Source: Macrostomum lignano (Eukaryota). From it: 64,000 bases of DNA. Below the pieces are notes generated by a model. That model worked only from the letters and a program-made list of their open reading frames with translations, was not told the origin of the DNA and did not search any database. The position numbers and the translations under genes are program-made. Shown here piece by piece: positions 25,401 through 37,678 of this stretch (position 1 is the first letter of the stretch; each line of letters opens with the position of its first letter). The stretch covers positions 62,001 to 126,000 of the forward strand of contig NIVC01003207.1 of assembly GCA_002269645.1 (NCBI GenBank). Reading direction: 5' to 3'.

Positions 25401-26040
25401 GCGAAAATCCATTAAAATACAATATATAAGACCGATAAACTAATAACAATAAAAGTACAGTGTGTACTTAAATAAAAGACAAAAACAAAGTTTCAGTGTA
25501 AGTAGCTCGAAAGTAATCAATAGCCAACAAGCAAAACACACTACTTAGCTACTTAGCTAATAGTAGTATGTACTTATATTGAGCAGGAATTTTCTTCTAT
25601 TCTTCTAGTAACCATAAAAATAGAATTAAAATGAAAAAAAATCAAATAAGTAAGCTGCAACAAAAAACCATCTAAACGTGGTGGACAAAAATATACCAAA
25701 AATGATTGATTTAAAATTAAATGCCAAAAAATCTTAAGTAAAATGTTATAGTAATTTTTTAAATTTTACGACTTAGAAGTAGAAATCTGCCAAATGAAAC
25801 ACTTTTTTCTTATTATCAACTACTTAAAGTAGGCTGCATTGCTGATATTTTATGAGAAACATGAAAAAAAATTAATTTAAAACTATACAATGAAGAATAA
25901 AATTTAAAAATCAATTAGACAATATTCTTATTATCAACTATTTAAGGTACACTGGATTGCTGATATTGTATGGTTATAATCAACTTATTACTAGAAGGTT
26001 GCAGACGAATTTTAATAGTCACTTTAATAGTTCTCAATGT

Positions 26041-29000
26041 TTAGCTGGTTTGCCGCTCGTCACCGTTGCCATGGTTACTACTACTACCACTAGCTGGTAG
26101 CAGTTCCAGCTCGGCTAGCAGTGAGAAATGATCAGACGATATATGCGGATGCGGACAGCCAAGAATGCCATTCTGGGCAAACCAGGACTCCGGAATCATG
26201 TCCAAATAGCCGATGTTATTGAAATGATCCGCCGTGAAGAATATGTAGTCGATGACGCCTCGGAAACCGTAGGTGAAATTTGTGCAATTATTCGAGCCAA
26301 AGTAGCAGGGCAACAAGTTGAAATCGTGCTCAAGGTGCTCCTCGGTTGGGGCTAGTTGTGATCGGCGAGGCGTGAGCTTGTCCAGAATTTTAGCGTAGCC
26401 CAGCTCTTTGAAGTCTAGATGGGACTTGTTTACCCGGCCGCGAGATAGGTACTCGAATACACCTGACAGGATGTCAGTGAGGAGATGCCGAACATTAGAG
26501 CACAAGCTCACACAGGGTGTACGATCGGTCCCTGACTTATTCGAATCATTTGAGACTCTTATTATAAAGATTTAGGGGCGATTCCTTTGGTGATTTAGGG
26601 GCGATTCTTTTGGTGATTTAGAGGCGATTCTTTTGGTGATTTAGGGGCGAATCTTTTGGTGATTTAGGGGCGAATCTTTTGGTGATTTAGGGGCGATTCT
26701 TTTGGTGATTTAGGGGCGATTCTTTTGATGATTTAGGAGCGATTCTTTTGGTGATTTAGGGGCGAATCTTCTGGTGATTTAGGGGCGATTCTTTTGGTGA
26801 TTTAGGGGCGATTCTTTTGGTAATTTAGGCGCGAATCTTTTGGTGATTTAGGAGCGATTCTTCCCCTAAATCAAACATTCTAACAGTATAAGCAAATGCA
26901 TTTGTAGGGACTTTTGGGTAGCCATGCGATTCAGACCACTAATGTAGAGCCAACCATCTAAGTCACAGAGTATTTATCATTTTGTTTAACACTGTTTCCT
27001 GCGTTTAAGAAAAGTACCTTCTTTTGAGTGCCCACAAGCTAATTTGTCTATGGCCTAAACTCCCACTTTCGGTTTCAGCCTCAAACTAACTGTACACTAA
27101 CTTTAATTAAATGGACTCGATCGCCCCCCCAGCCAAGATTTAATTGTCCGCTCAACTTAATTAATCATCTTCATCTTTACAACCCTACAATCCTTACAAT
27201 CCTACAGTCTACACCAGCTCACCGGAATCAGGCAGTGAGTTGAAATCGCCGCATATAATAGTGGGCATGCTAGCCACATCGACTTTGTCAGCCTGTGGAT
27301 TCTGCTCGCGTAGATGATTCTCAATCTTCTTCCATAGCGCCGAAAGCAGCATGATGGACTGGATTAGTTTGACATCAGAGTACTCCGGATCCCAGTGAAT
27401 GTGAGCGGTGGACACCACTAGCTGACGGCGCTGACCTGTGGACTCTTCCAGCACCTCAAAGATGGCCATGATTGCGACATTGTCGCGTACCATCACCCTG
27501 TTGATCATCTGGTGGTTTGCCTGCAGGTTGCAGTAAGTGCATTAAGCACTTGTTTAACACTGCATTTCAACTACAGAATATCACAATAAACTACAAGAAT
27601 CTTACATTAAACTACAATAATCTCACATTAAACTACAATAATCTCACATTAAACTACAAGAATCTCACATCAAACTAAAAAATTGCACACTAAACTAACA
27701 GAATCTGAAATAAAACTACAAGAATCTCACATTAAACTACAAGAATCTCATATTAAACTACAAGAATCCCATATGAAACTACAAGAATCTCACATTAAAC
27801 TACAATAATCTAATATTAAACTACAATAATCTCACATGAAACTAAAATAATCTCAAATTAAACTACAAGAATCTCACATTAAACTACAATAATCTCACAC
27901 AAAACTACAATAATCTCACATTAAACTACAATAATCTCATATCAAACTACAAGAATCTCACATTAAACTACAAAAATCTCACATTAAACTACAAGAATCT
28001 CACATTAAACTACAAAAATCTCACATTAAACTACAAGAATCTCACATTAAACTACAAGAATCTCACATTAAACTACAGGAATCTCACATTAAACTACAAG
28101 AATCTCACATCAAACTAAAAAATTGCACATTAAACTAACAGAATCTGAAATAAAACTACAAGAAACTCACATCAAACTACAAGAAACTCACATCAAACTA
28201 CAAGAATCTCACATTAAACTACAAGAATCCCATATGTAACTACGGCAATCTACCTTGCAATCCTTCTCGTATTTCTCAACAGCCATCTGTGAGAACTCAA
28301 TGAGGTCCTCTTTAACCAGCGTAAAGCGGTCTCGCTTCCAAAAGATGGCCACCCCGTCGACATACTTGCTCTCATTGGCTGTCATCGTTCTTGCTCGACT
28401 CTTCGGACTAAAAATGCCTTCATAACCGGCTTTAGCCAGTTCCGGGCGGAAGAACACGCCAAACTGCTCAGTTTCAACTTCTTGCAAGCAGAGAATGTCA
28501 GCCTGGTAGGCTCGCAGTTCGTCCATTATGCCTCGACGTCTGTATTCCCATTGCAGGGCCCAGGATGGACAATAAGGATACTGCTTCTTAGTGGCGTACG
28601 CTTCGCATAGCACGTTGTAGCACATCACAGTGAATGCTGTACCATGGATACTACTGCCGTTGGCGCCGCTAGTAGTACCGTTTGAGCCGCTAGTTGTCGA
28701 CTGGGAATTGTTTGGTGCAGAGGCGTGACCATTGCGCGAGATCGAGTCAGTATTGCTGCGACCGCCCAGATAGCACCACTTGCGACTTGGAGGCGGCGTC
28801 ATGGCGAAGCCTGGGGACGTGATTTAGGGGCGATTCTTCCAGTGACTTAGGGGCGATTCTTCCAGTGACTTAGGGGCGATTCTTCCAGTGACTTAGGGGC
28901 GATTCTTCCAGTGATTTAGGGGTGATTCTTCCGGTGATTTAGGGGTGATTCTTCCAGTGACTTAGGGGCGATTCTTCCAGTGATTTAGGGGTGATTCTTT

Positions 29001-31043
29001 CAGTGATTTAGGGGTGATTCTTCCAGTGATTTAGGGGCGATTCTTCCAGTGATTTAGGGGCGATTCTTCCAGTGATTTAGGGGTGATTCTTCCAGTGATT
29101 TAGGGGTGATTCTTCCAGTGATTTAGGGGTGATTCTTCCAGTGATTTAGGGGTGATTCTTCCAGTGATTTAGGGGTGATTCTTCCAGTGATTTAGGGGCG
29201 ATTCTTCCAGTGATTTAGGGGTGATTCTTCCAGTGATTTAGGGGCGATTCTTCCAGTGATTTAGGGGTGATTCTTCCAGTGATTTAGGGGTGATTCTTCC
29301 AGTGATTTAGGGGTGATTCTTCCAGTGATTTAGGGGCGATTCTTCCAGTGATTTAGGGGTGATTCTTCCAGTGATTTAGGGGCGATTCTTCCAGTGATTT
29401 AGGGGTGATTCTTCCAGTGATTTAGGGGTGATTCTTCCAGTGATTTAGGGGCGATTCTTCCAGTGATTTAGGGGCGATTCTTCCAGTGATTTAGGGGTGA
29501 TTCTTCCAGTGATTTAGGGGTGATTCTTCCAGTGATTTAGGGGTGATTCTTCCAGTGATTTAGGGGTGATTCTTCCAGTGATTTAGGGGCGATTCTTCCA
29601 GTGATTTAGGGGTGATTCTTCCAGTGATTTAGGGGTGATTCTTTCAGTGATTTAGGGGTGATTCTTCCAGTGATTTAGGGGCAATTCTTCCAGTGATTTA
29701 GGGGTGATTCTTCCAGTGATTTAGGGGTGATTCTTCCAGTGATTTAGGGGTGATTCTTCCAGTGATTTAGGGGTGATTCTTCCAGTGATTTAGGGGTGAT
29801 TCTTCCAGTGATTTAGGGGCGATTCTTCCAGTGATTTAGGGGTGATTCTTCCAGTGATTTAGGGGTGATTCTTCCAGTGATTTAGGGGTGATTCTTCCAG
29901 TGATTTAGGGGCAATTCTTCCAGTGATTTAGGGGTGATTCTTCCAGTGATTTAGGGGTGATTCTTCCAGTGATTTAGGGGCGATTCTTCCAGTGATTTAG
30001 GGGTGATTCTTCCAATGATTTAGGGGTGATTCTTCCAGTGATTTAGGGGTGATTCTTCCGGTGATTTAGGGGCGGATCTTCCAGTGATTTAGGGGTGAAT
30101 TCTTTCAATGATTTAGATAGGATTTCTACATTGATTTCAAGGCATTAAAATGGTCATATCAAAAATATTTGCAGGATGGTTGTGGGCAACCCGACGTAAC
30201 GCATTCAGCGACATCGTCCTACAACCGGCGCTGACGGCAATTCTGCCCGTTCCGCTGACTTCTGAGCGCATGCAAGCGCGCTGAGAATGTACTTTACAGA
30301 CACACACTCATCACAGGCTCACAGACTTCTAATCATGCCTTGGGGATTGGCCCCTATAGCTGTGATTCGGAAGACAACCCACCCGCCAATATTGTGTAGC
30401 CGCTCACGGAAACGAACCAGGAATTGTATTGCGACAGGGCCAGATGCATTTTACAGCTGAGCTGCTCGGGCAAATGCCAATTACACTATTCAGACATATA
30501 GTGTTTACCTTCGCTATCCAGCAGCCAGGACAGCATACTCTGAGTAGTCTCAGAATTGTACAATTGCAGCATATCCGGATTAAGAGGATTATGATTGAGA
30601 TTAAGCACCGTCAGTTGAAACAAGCGGCCCAATTGCATAGGCAAACATCTGATTTGATTGCACTGCAGGTGCAACTCTTTTAATTCTGTTATTTCGCCAA
30701 TTTCTGGCGGCAAGATTTTCACCATATTGTAGGACAGGTCGAGGTGAACAAGATTTTTCAGCTGAGCAATCTCAGGCGGGATTACGCTAATCCTGTTGTG
30801 CGACATGTACAGGTAGCGCAGAAACGACATCGAGCACAAGCCTTGTGGAAAGATCTTTACTCCGCCAAGAATTTCTAACTGATCCCAGCTGGCTTTCGAA
30901 GGTGATTGTTTCTCTTTCCGTTGTTGCAGACTTTGCTGCTTTTGCTGAGCGTTGTTGGTGCAACCATTTTCTTTGGCATCAAGGAAGTGCACCTGCCGAC
31001 GACTGCTCATGTTTATCTCCCATAATTTGCGTTTTCTCTGCAT
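26041..31043 (-). CDS. CNOT6: CCR4 deadenylase (CNOT6/CNOT6L), LRR + EEP nuclease; exons 31043-30509, 28810-28254, 27520-27223, 26462-26041; about 603 aa (592 aa if MSSRR is the start)
   Basis: LRR exon (LRYLYMSHNRISVIPPEIAQLKNLVHLDLSYN) and EEP motifs VMCYNVLC, YCPSWALQWEYRR, LQEVETEQF, SPKSRARTM, HIHWDPEYSDVKLIQ, CGDFNSLPDSG, FRGVIDYIFF and SSDHFSL. Phases 1/0/1 are consistent. A 48-nt 5'-UTR intron (GTAAGT...CTTCAG) lies near 31073-31120. Confidence 0.93.
26568..26872. repeat. 23-bp minisatellite (GATTTAGGGGCGATTCTTTTGGT)n in CNOT6 intron 3
   Basis: About 13 units, ending in an inverted copy CCCCTAAATCA. Confidence 0.95.
27590..28240. repeat. 21-bp minisatellite (AACTACAAGAATCTCACATTA)n in CNOT6 intron 2
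   Basis: About 30 units abutting the donor at 28253. Confidence 0.95.
28820..30115. repeat. 23-bp minisatellite (GATTTAGGGGTGATTCTTCCAGT)n in CNOT6 intron 1
   Basis: About 56 highly homogeneous units ending ~9 nt from the acceptor AG. Confidence 0.97.
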
Positions 31044-31142
31044 CGCTTTTGGTTATTGTTCTATATTTCTACCTGAAGAGATTAGGACATAAATGAATTA
31101 TTTTTACAACTGAAACTTACTCAGCCTATCTGAATCTTGATT

Positions 31143-31640
31143 TATGGGCGATTCCTAAAGTGATTAATGGGCGATTTCTAAAGTGATTAATGGGCGATTT
31201 CTAAAGTGATCAATGGGCGATTTCTGAAGTGATCAATGGGCGATTCCTAAAGTGATTAATGGGCGATTTCTAAAGTGATTAATGGGCGATTTCTAAAGTG
31301 ATTAATGGGCGATTCCTAAAGTGATCAATGGGCGATTCCTAAAGTGATTAATGGGCGATTTCTAAAGTGATTAATGGGCGATTTCTAAAGTGATTAGTGG
31401 GCGTTCCTAAAGTGATCAATGGGCGATTCCTGAAGTGATTAATGGGCGATTCCTAAAGTGATTAATGGGCGATTCCAAAGTGATCAATGGGCGATTCCTG
31501 AAGTGATCAATGGGCGATTCCTAAAGTGATCAATGGGCGATTTCTTAAGTGATCAATGGGCGATTCCTAAAGTGATTAATGGGCGATTCCTTAAGTTATC
31601 AATGGGCGATTCCTTAAGTGATTAGTGGGCGATTCTTAAC
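31143..31640. repeat. 23-bp minisatellite (AATGGGCGATTCCTAAAGTGATT)n upstream of CNOT6
   Basis: About 21 units; shares the GGCGATT..GTGAT frame with the two intronic 23-mers. Confidence 0.95.
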
Positions 31641-32833
31641 GTATTTTATTGCAAAAGAGCTAACGCTAAATTACAGAGGTCTACATCTATCCTGAAAAAA
31701 ACAAAAATAAATATAATACTTTAACAGCCACTAATTTTTAGAAAGTTGCAATTATTTTTTATTTAATAATTTACTCACAATTATTTTCAGAGAACACAGT
31801 AAAACAAAATTATCTTCAAGTTTAATAATTAAGAAAAGGCATATCACCCAACCCGATGAAAACGGTACTTAGGTACTTAGTAGAAAGTTAATCGTCAACA
31901 CAATGACTCTTAGACAAATTTTTCGTGACTATATTACGATTCTGCCACTCGCATGATATGCTTGTGATAGTGAGTTGTTTACACTGACTATTTAACTTGT
32001 ACTTATTAACAGTCGTGTCTATAGTGAAATTAATAACTTGAAAAGCAACTCAATATTATTGACAGCGAATGAAATGCAGCCATGAAATCAGATACTTATG
32101 ACAACAAGAACAGAACATGAAATTGAATAAATTCATAGCCGTTATTAACAAACATTTCAGCCCAAATAAGATTTTACACAACAAAACTTCTACCAGAGGC
32201 TAGTTTATAAGTATTTCTGGCAAAATTTACAACTAAACTGATTTCATAAAAAATGCATTTAATGTTATTGTTCAGCACTAAATATAGATCGTTTTATTCT
32301 TACCATTTGATGAACTCCGAATCGCATATGTTAGCAAGTAATTGCTGTGGACTGCGGTCTCACTCTGAAGCTACTACCAGGTAATTATTTTTTTATCGAT
32401 TAAATATTGATAATAAAAAACTGCTAAGACGAGAAATCGAAAAAATTAATAAGTACAAACAGATTTCACTGATTTGGTAGTTAAAACTAGAAGTCCACGC
32501 CTAAAGGCGGTTGCACCACAGACAGTCTTGAAACCAAGGACTACCGAAAATCTCAGGACGCAGAACTTAAACTTGGTAGAAATTTGTAACATTCTAAAAT
32601 CAGCCATACTGCTTGCTGGCTTTGAAAAGTTATTTTATATTTTGCTTTTTTTCTGGTTTTACTTGCCTAAACTGAGATTCGGAAGTTCAAATGTACAGAT
32701 TTTTCGTCAATGTCAATGCTTTAATTAAACTTTCCGAATGGATTCGTTCCATTCAGAATCTAGTTAACTATTTAATGTATAATAGTAAACCACAGTTTAA
32801 TTTAAATAACATTCCAATCGGGAAGTAACGGCA

Positions 32834-33585
32834 TCATTGAGACAGGTTGCTGTGCTGTTCAGACTGAGCCAATGCGGCGTAGAGTTGCCTGACATCGCCA
32901 ATATGCAGCAGGCAGCACTCAGTTGAGCAATATTCTCCATCCCATTGAGGATCATCAATTGATAGATTGCTGCAGCCTGCTCTGGCGCAGAAACGTTTTG
33001 CTGGCGGTCTGGAATGCGGCTTGGCCCGAATGAACTGGGTTCTGGCAGCGGATTCATCGGTTTCTGTTGTTGAAATGTCAAGCTTTCTTTTGCCATTCAA
33101 TTTGCTGTGACTGCTGTTGCTGCTTCTGCTACTGCTACTACTGCTCACACTGCTCACACTACTGACACTGCTAACTTCTAGATCTTCCCGATCTGTTGTT
33201 TTCTGCAACAATTTCTTCTTCTTTTCCTTCTTTTTGGTCTCCTTCTTTTGCTGTTTCTTTTGTTGCTTTTTCGGCTTAGAAGAAGACTTGTTATTTGATT
33301 TTTTAGCAGCCGCTGAAGAAGCCGATGCAGTTCCAGTTGCCATGGAGTCTGCAGTGACAAATGTCATGGAAGCTACAGGCTGATTTGACAAGCCTGAGAA
33401 ACTGTGAAATCTCCACTGATCTCGCAGATCGGACATTTGCGGCTGAGAACTTCGTTTTGGCCGACTGTAAGCCAGGCCAACTGAGCGAACAATTTCAGCG
33501 GCGTCAACTGCTGCTGACACATTGATGGACAGTGGAGGGCCCTCTGTCATACTGGATTCGATTATTTGCTTAAATTGCAACTTTT
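32834..33585 (-). CDS. TOX4: Terminal exon of a TOX4-like gene (TOX4 C-terminal Cys/His domain; no HMG box seen)
   Basis: CARAGCSNLSIDDPQWDGEYCSTECCLLHIGDV parallels the TOX4 C-terminus as I recall it ([33 protein letters not shown]). A Lys-rich NLS-like stretch precedes it. Phase-1 TTGCAG acceptor at 33587-33586. Confidence 0.7.
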
Positions 33586-36500
33586 CTGCAAGTTGTAACT
33601 ATCATCAATTTGAAGTATGCATAAGTAAAGTGTTTGCTTAGTTTTGTTAATCTTGATAACAGATACCACACAAAACATTGATAATGTTTTGATAGTTCTA
33701 CTCAATCTAATAAAAGCCACATTTTCAGGTTTAAAATAAAAATTTCATGAACAAAAGTGTTAGTAAGATTTGACTCTTATTTTATTTTAACAAACAACCA
33801 GTAAGAGGTAATGCAAGTCTCTAGCCTATATTGTATCTAGCCTAGTCTGTAGAGCAAAAGTCACAAACTTGACAACTTTTAAGAAAATAAAAATAGACAA
33901 ATTATTTATCTGTCATATCTTTAGTCAAAATTAAGTTCATGGCCTATGTAATCTTAGTAATTACACATGCATATTTATTGTGATCAATAGGAATATCTAA
34001 ATGAGCTGAAATGTTAGCTAAAACTCCTAGCATATCTTCTTTATTAAACAGTCAAAATTACAAAATTTGACAAGCTTAGCAAAACTTTAAGGACATTTAT
34101 CAGCATATACTATTTATCCTCCCCCTGCCATATTTGGTGGACCTACACTGCCATTGTTAGACTGGCTATCTCCTTTGCTGGCTTTATTTGGAACAGTGCC
34201 CTAGAGGTGAAAGGGTTCTTAAGGCTCTAAATAGGGTGCAAGGCCACACTTGTCAAGCTATCATGAGAGCGGCTCCCCCTATGCCCTTTGCTAGCATAAA
34301 CTCTTTCCTGGACATTCCCCTTGACCTTTGTCAGAGGAGAGGCAATGAAGAACACTTGCTGTCTGCTTGACATAGGTGTCCTAACTCAGAAGCAGTTTGC
34401 CTTCAGAAAGTGAAACCTCTGGCCACACAGTGACCATAGCCCGTGAGACCTAGAAGCAGCAAGAGGCTTGCTGACCCTCTAGGAGAGAATCCTATCTATG
34501 CTCTGCCCTCCACTCAAATTCAAAACCAGTATTCCACCACATCATGAAGTAAGGGACAACTGGAAACCCTGTGAAATCTACTGCTTCATTTATGGGTTCC
34601 AAAACAACTCTGCCTCTGGCTACAGCTACTGCATCATGTCTGGAGGGAGAACTGTGGTGACCTTCTCTTAGCACACTGGCACCTGCTTCACCATCTTCTA
34701 GAATTAAGTTCTTGCCATCAGCTCCTATGCAGTATGCTATGAAGCTATACAATCTGCTTAGACAGTCAAGTGGCAATCCACACCTTTAAGTGTACCACCA
34801 CCTGCTTGTGTACAGTCCTTGACTGCATTGGGTAGCTCAATTGCTTAGGCACCTCCAACAAGGTTTCCCTAGGTGTTTCTAGGCCTGAGAACCTCTACCA
34901 GCTTGTCTGCTACCTAAGGGCTACTAGGCAAGTGACAATCTACCTCCTAGATTCTCCAAAGGAAGACCACGCTGCAGACACTAGCACTACTGGAATTTCC
35001 TATACAACACCATAGCATTAGCAGCCTGTGGTTGCAAAGGGTTAGCAAAATGGGCAGCAATACCTCCTCACTGTTCCAGACACACAGAGCCCCTGCAGCT
35101 AAGTCAAGTAAGTCAATCAGCATGTATTCATAAGTTTCATAAAACAGTTTGCAAATTAGTTTGTCACTTATAATCCCTGTAACTATTGTCATTTATTGAT
35201 ATTAGCATGCCAGAATGAAGTGACATTGGCTCTATTTGATCCTAATAGTTAAAATGATATTTAGTTAATGTAAACATATGCAACTGCTGGCCAACCTAGC
35301 TAATCTGGCCACCATAAATTGTAGTGGACCAAGAGTAAGCTGCAAAAATGCCCACCTGAAGGAATATGGATGTAGTACAAATTATTTGATGAGGCATTTA
35401 GCCCTAATAAGACTGTCATAGTTACTCCTGCTGTTTACCCAAAATGTGTTAATTTTTGCTTTAGGGTTTCTTTCACAGTTAAGTCATATTTTTGGTCAAA
35501 AAGAAGTCACATGGCCAGTGTAAATCAGGGGGTTGCATGTAGGAGTTAATGCATTGCTTAAAAAAAATAAAAATTTTCAATTTGAACTTCTAAAAAATCA
35601 GTGAAAGTGCAAGTTGCTTTGTGCCTTGCCTACATTGAGTTTGCTTGACTTCTTATCATTTCTCTATGATTTTAATTAATAAATTGTTTTCTAGATTTAC
35701 AAGACATAGGTAAAGTTTTAGCTCATTTGGATATTTCCAATATTCATAGTACATAGTATTTAGTCTAGAAACTGCAATATCTCTCAATCATTATTGATAT
35801 ATTCTGTTTCTAAAAAGAACATCAAGAAAAAGACTTTAATGACTATTCTGACTCTTGATACTATTACATGAATTATGCTATTATTCATTTAGTAGTTTAT
35901 AATATGTATTATATATATTTTAGAAATAGAAATTTCTAATAATTTCTAATAATAATAATTTATAATAAATTTAGAATTTATAATAGAAAAATATCATGTT
36001 CTAATATAATATATTGCTAAAATTTTGCCAACCATTGCCATTATAAATTTTCATTAATAGCTAAGTTTTATATAAAAATTGTAGTATAATTACCATTACA
36101 AAAAACACAATTGCTTCCTTGTATTCATACTTTTAAAACGGTTATTATCAGAAAATGAATGAGACAATTTAAGTTGCCCCATAGTGAAAAGTTTTATTAA
36201 TAGTAACATTTTAATTTAAAATAATTTCTATTTTAACTTTAGTGGTGCATTTTTTTATTAAGCCCTAATTATGGCCAAAACATTTGCTATTAATAAGTGC
36301 AACTTTGAGTTATTTAAAAATTGTAGTTCTTTTAGAAAATTGATATTAAAGATGCAAACTATCAATTTTCTTATCAATATAAATAATGGTTTTTCATTTC
36401 TATAACCCTTGCAAGGTATCTTATTGCTAAGTAATATTGGTTATTAAAGCAAATAAACTAAGAGCTAATATGTTGAAAAACAAATAAAATCAAACTTGTA

Positions 36501-37019
36501 CAATCACAAATATTAAACTTGTATATCATATGTCTAATAGTCATAACAATATTTTCAAAAAATGAAGCACTAGGCTGATTGTCTATATATTTGATATAAT
36601 TTAAATAGTCATTTTCCATCATATTAGTTAACATTAGAAAGCAGAAAAAGAATCATTTTAAAACATAGGATAAATTTCCAAAACTCTCTTAATCCTTAAA
36701 GCTCAAATCCAATTTGAATAGTCACATCAAAATTTAGGTAAACCATAGCAATAACCCTAAAAACAATGGGAATTTAAACCCTAAAATTATGTAAGAGCTT
36801 AGTGCCCTTAGGTATATTATATATATAAACAATAGCCATTATAAGTTTACACTAATGACTAATATAAATATCTGTATAAATTATTTCCATAGCATACATA
36901 ATGATGACTTTCATTAAATAACTTTTATTAATTATTCCAAGTCAAGTGTATGGCAAGTAATAAAAAAAATAATAATAGATTATACCTACTCTACTTGGGC
37001 CACATATACAACCAATAGC

Positions 37020-37260
37020 TTAGCCACAGCTATTGTGCAATGTATCTAAAGGTTGCATATGGCTATTCAATCCAAGGTCTAAGGAGTTACAATATCTTCA
37101 ATTATCCTAGCTAATGCTAGCACCCATTTTATAGCTGGGTGAACTGAAACAATGCAGAATTAAGAGTCTTGCTCAAGTACACATTGTTCTAGTGGGATTG
37201 GGAATTAAACCCCCAACCTTCAAGTTGTGAGTCTAACATTTTAACCTCTAGGCTACAACC
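37020..37260 (-). mobile_element. Decayed tRNA-derived SINE
   Basis: Minus strand reads TAGCCTAGAGGTTAAAATGTTAGACTC (A-box-like)...GGTTTAATTCCC (B-box GGTTCGATTCC with CG->TA), followed by the common cttgagcaagac...cacccagct body. Confidence 0.55.
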
Positions 37261-37678
37261 CCCTTATACACTCTTATGGCAGGCACTAAAAAATACAACT
37301 CTTGGAAATAGATTTTTTGAAAATGGATATTTGGCTAGTCACAATATTCTTAATATATACTAAATCTGAACTTGGTCATTTTTATATGCTAGCTATATAT
37401 ATTATTGTTGGATTTGAAAAATTTTATATATGCCAAGATTGTCAATGAAAGGTAAAAATATGCTATAAATTTATGATATAAAGGTCACCTTCAAGACTAT
37501 AATAATTACATGTATATACAAAAATAGGCCTATTTGAAATTTCTATTTGCCAACTGTTCAAACTCATATCATATGAACAAATTAAGAATAAGAATAATAG
37601 AAAAATAGCTGTTTCTTTTCAGATAAAATGCTGATATAGGGCTGCTTTATAAGTTTGAGAAAAAGAATTTTTTTGCTT

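Noticed and set aside
34190-35100. Possible decayed RNase-H retroelement (YCIGADGKNLILEDGEAGASV)
   Set aside because: GC-richer relic inside the hypermutated block, but too eroded to assign a family.
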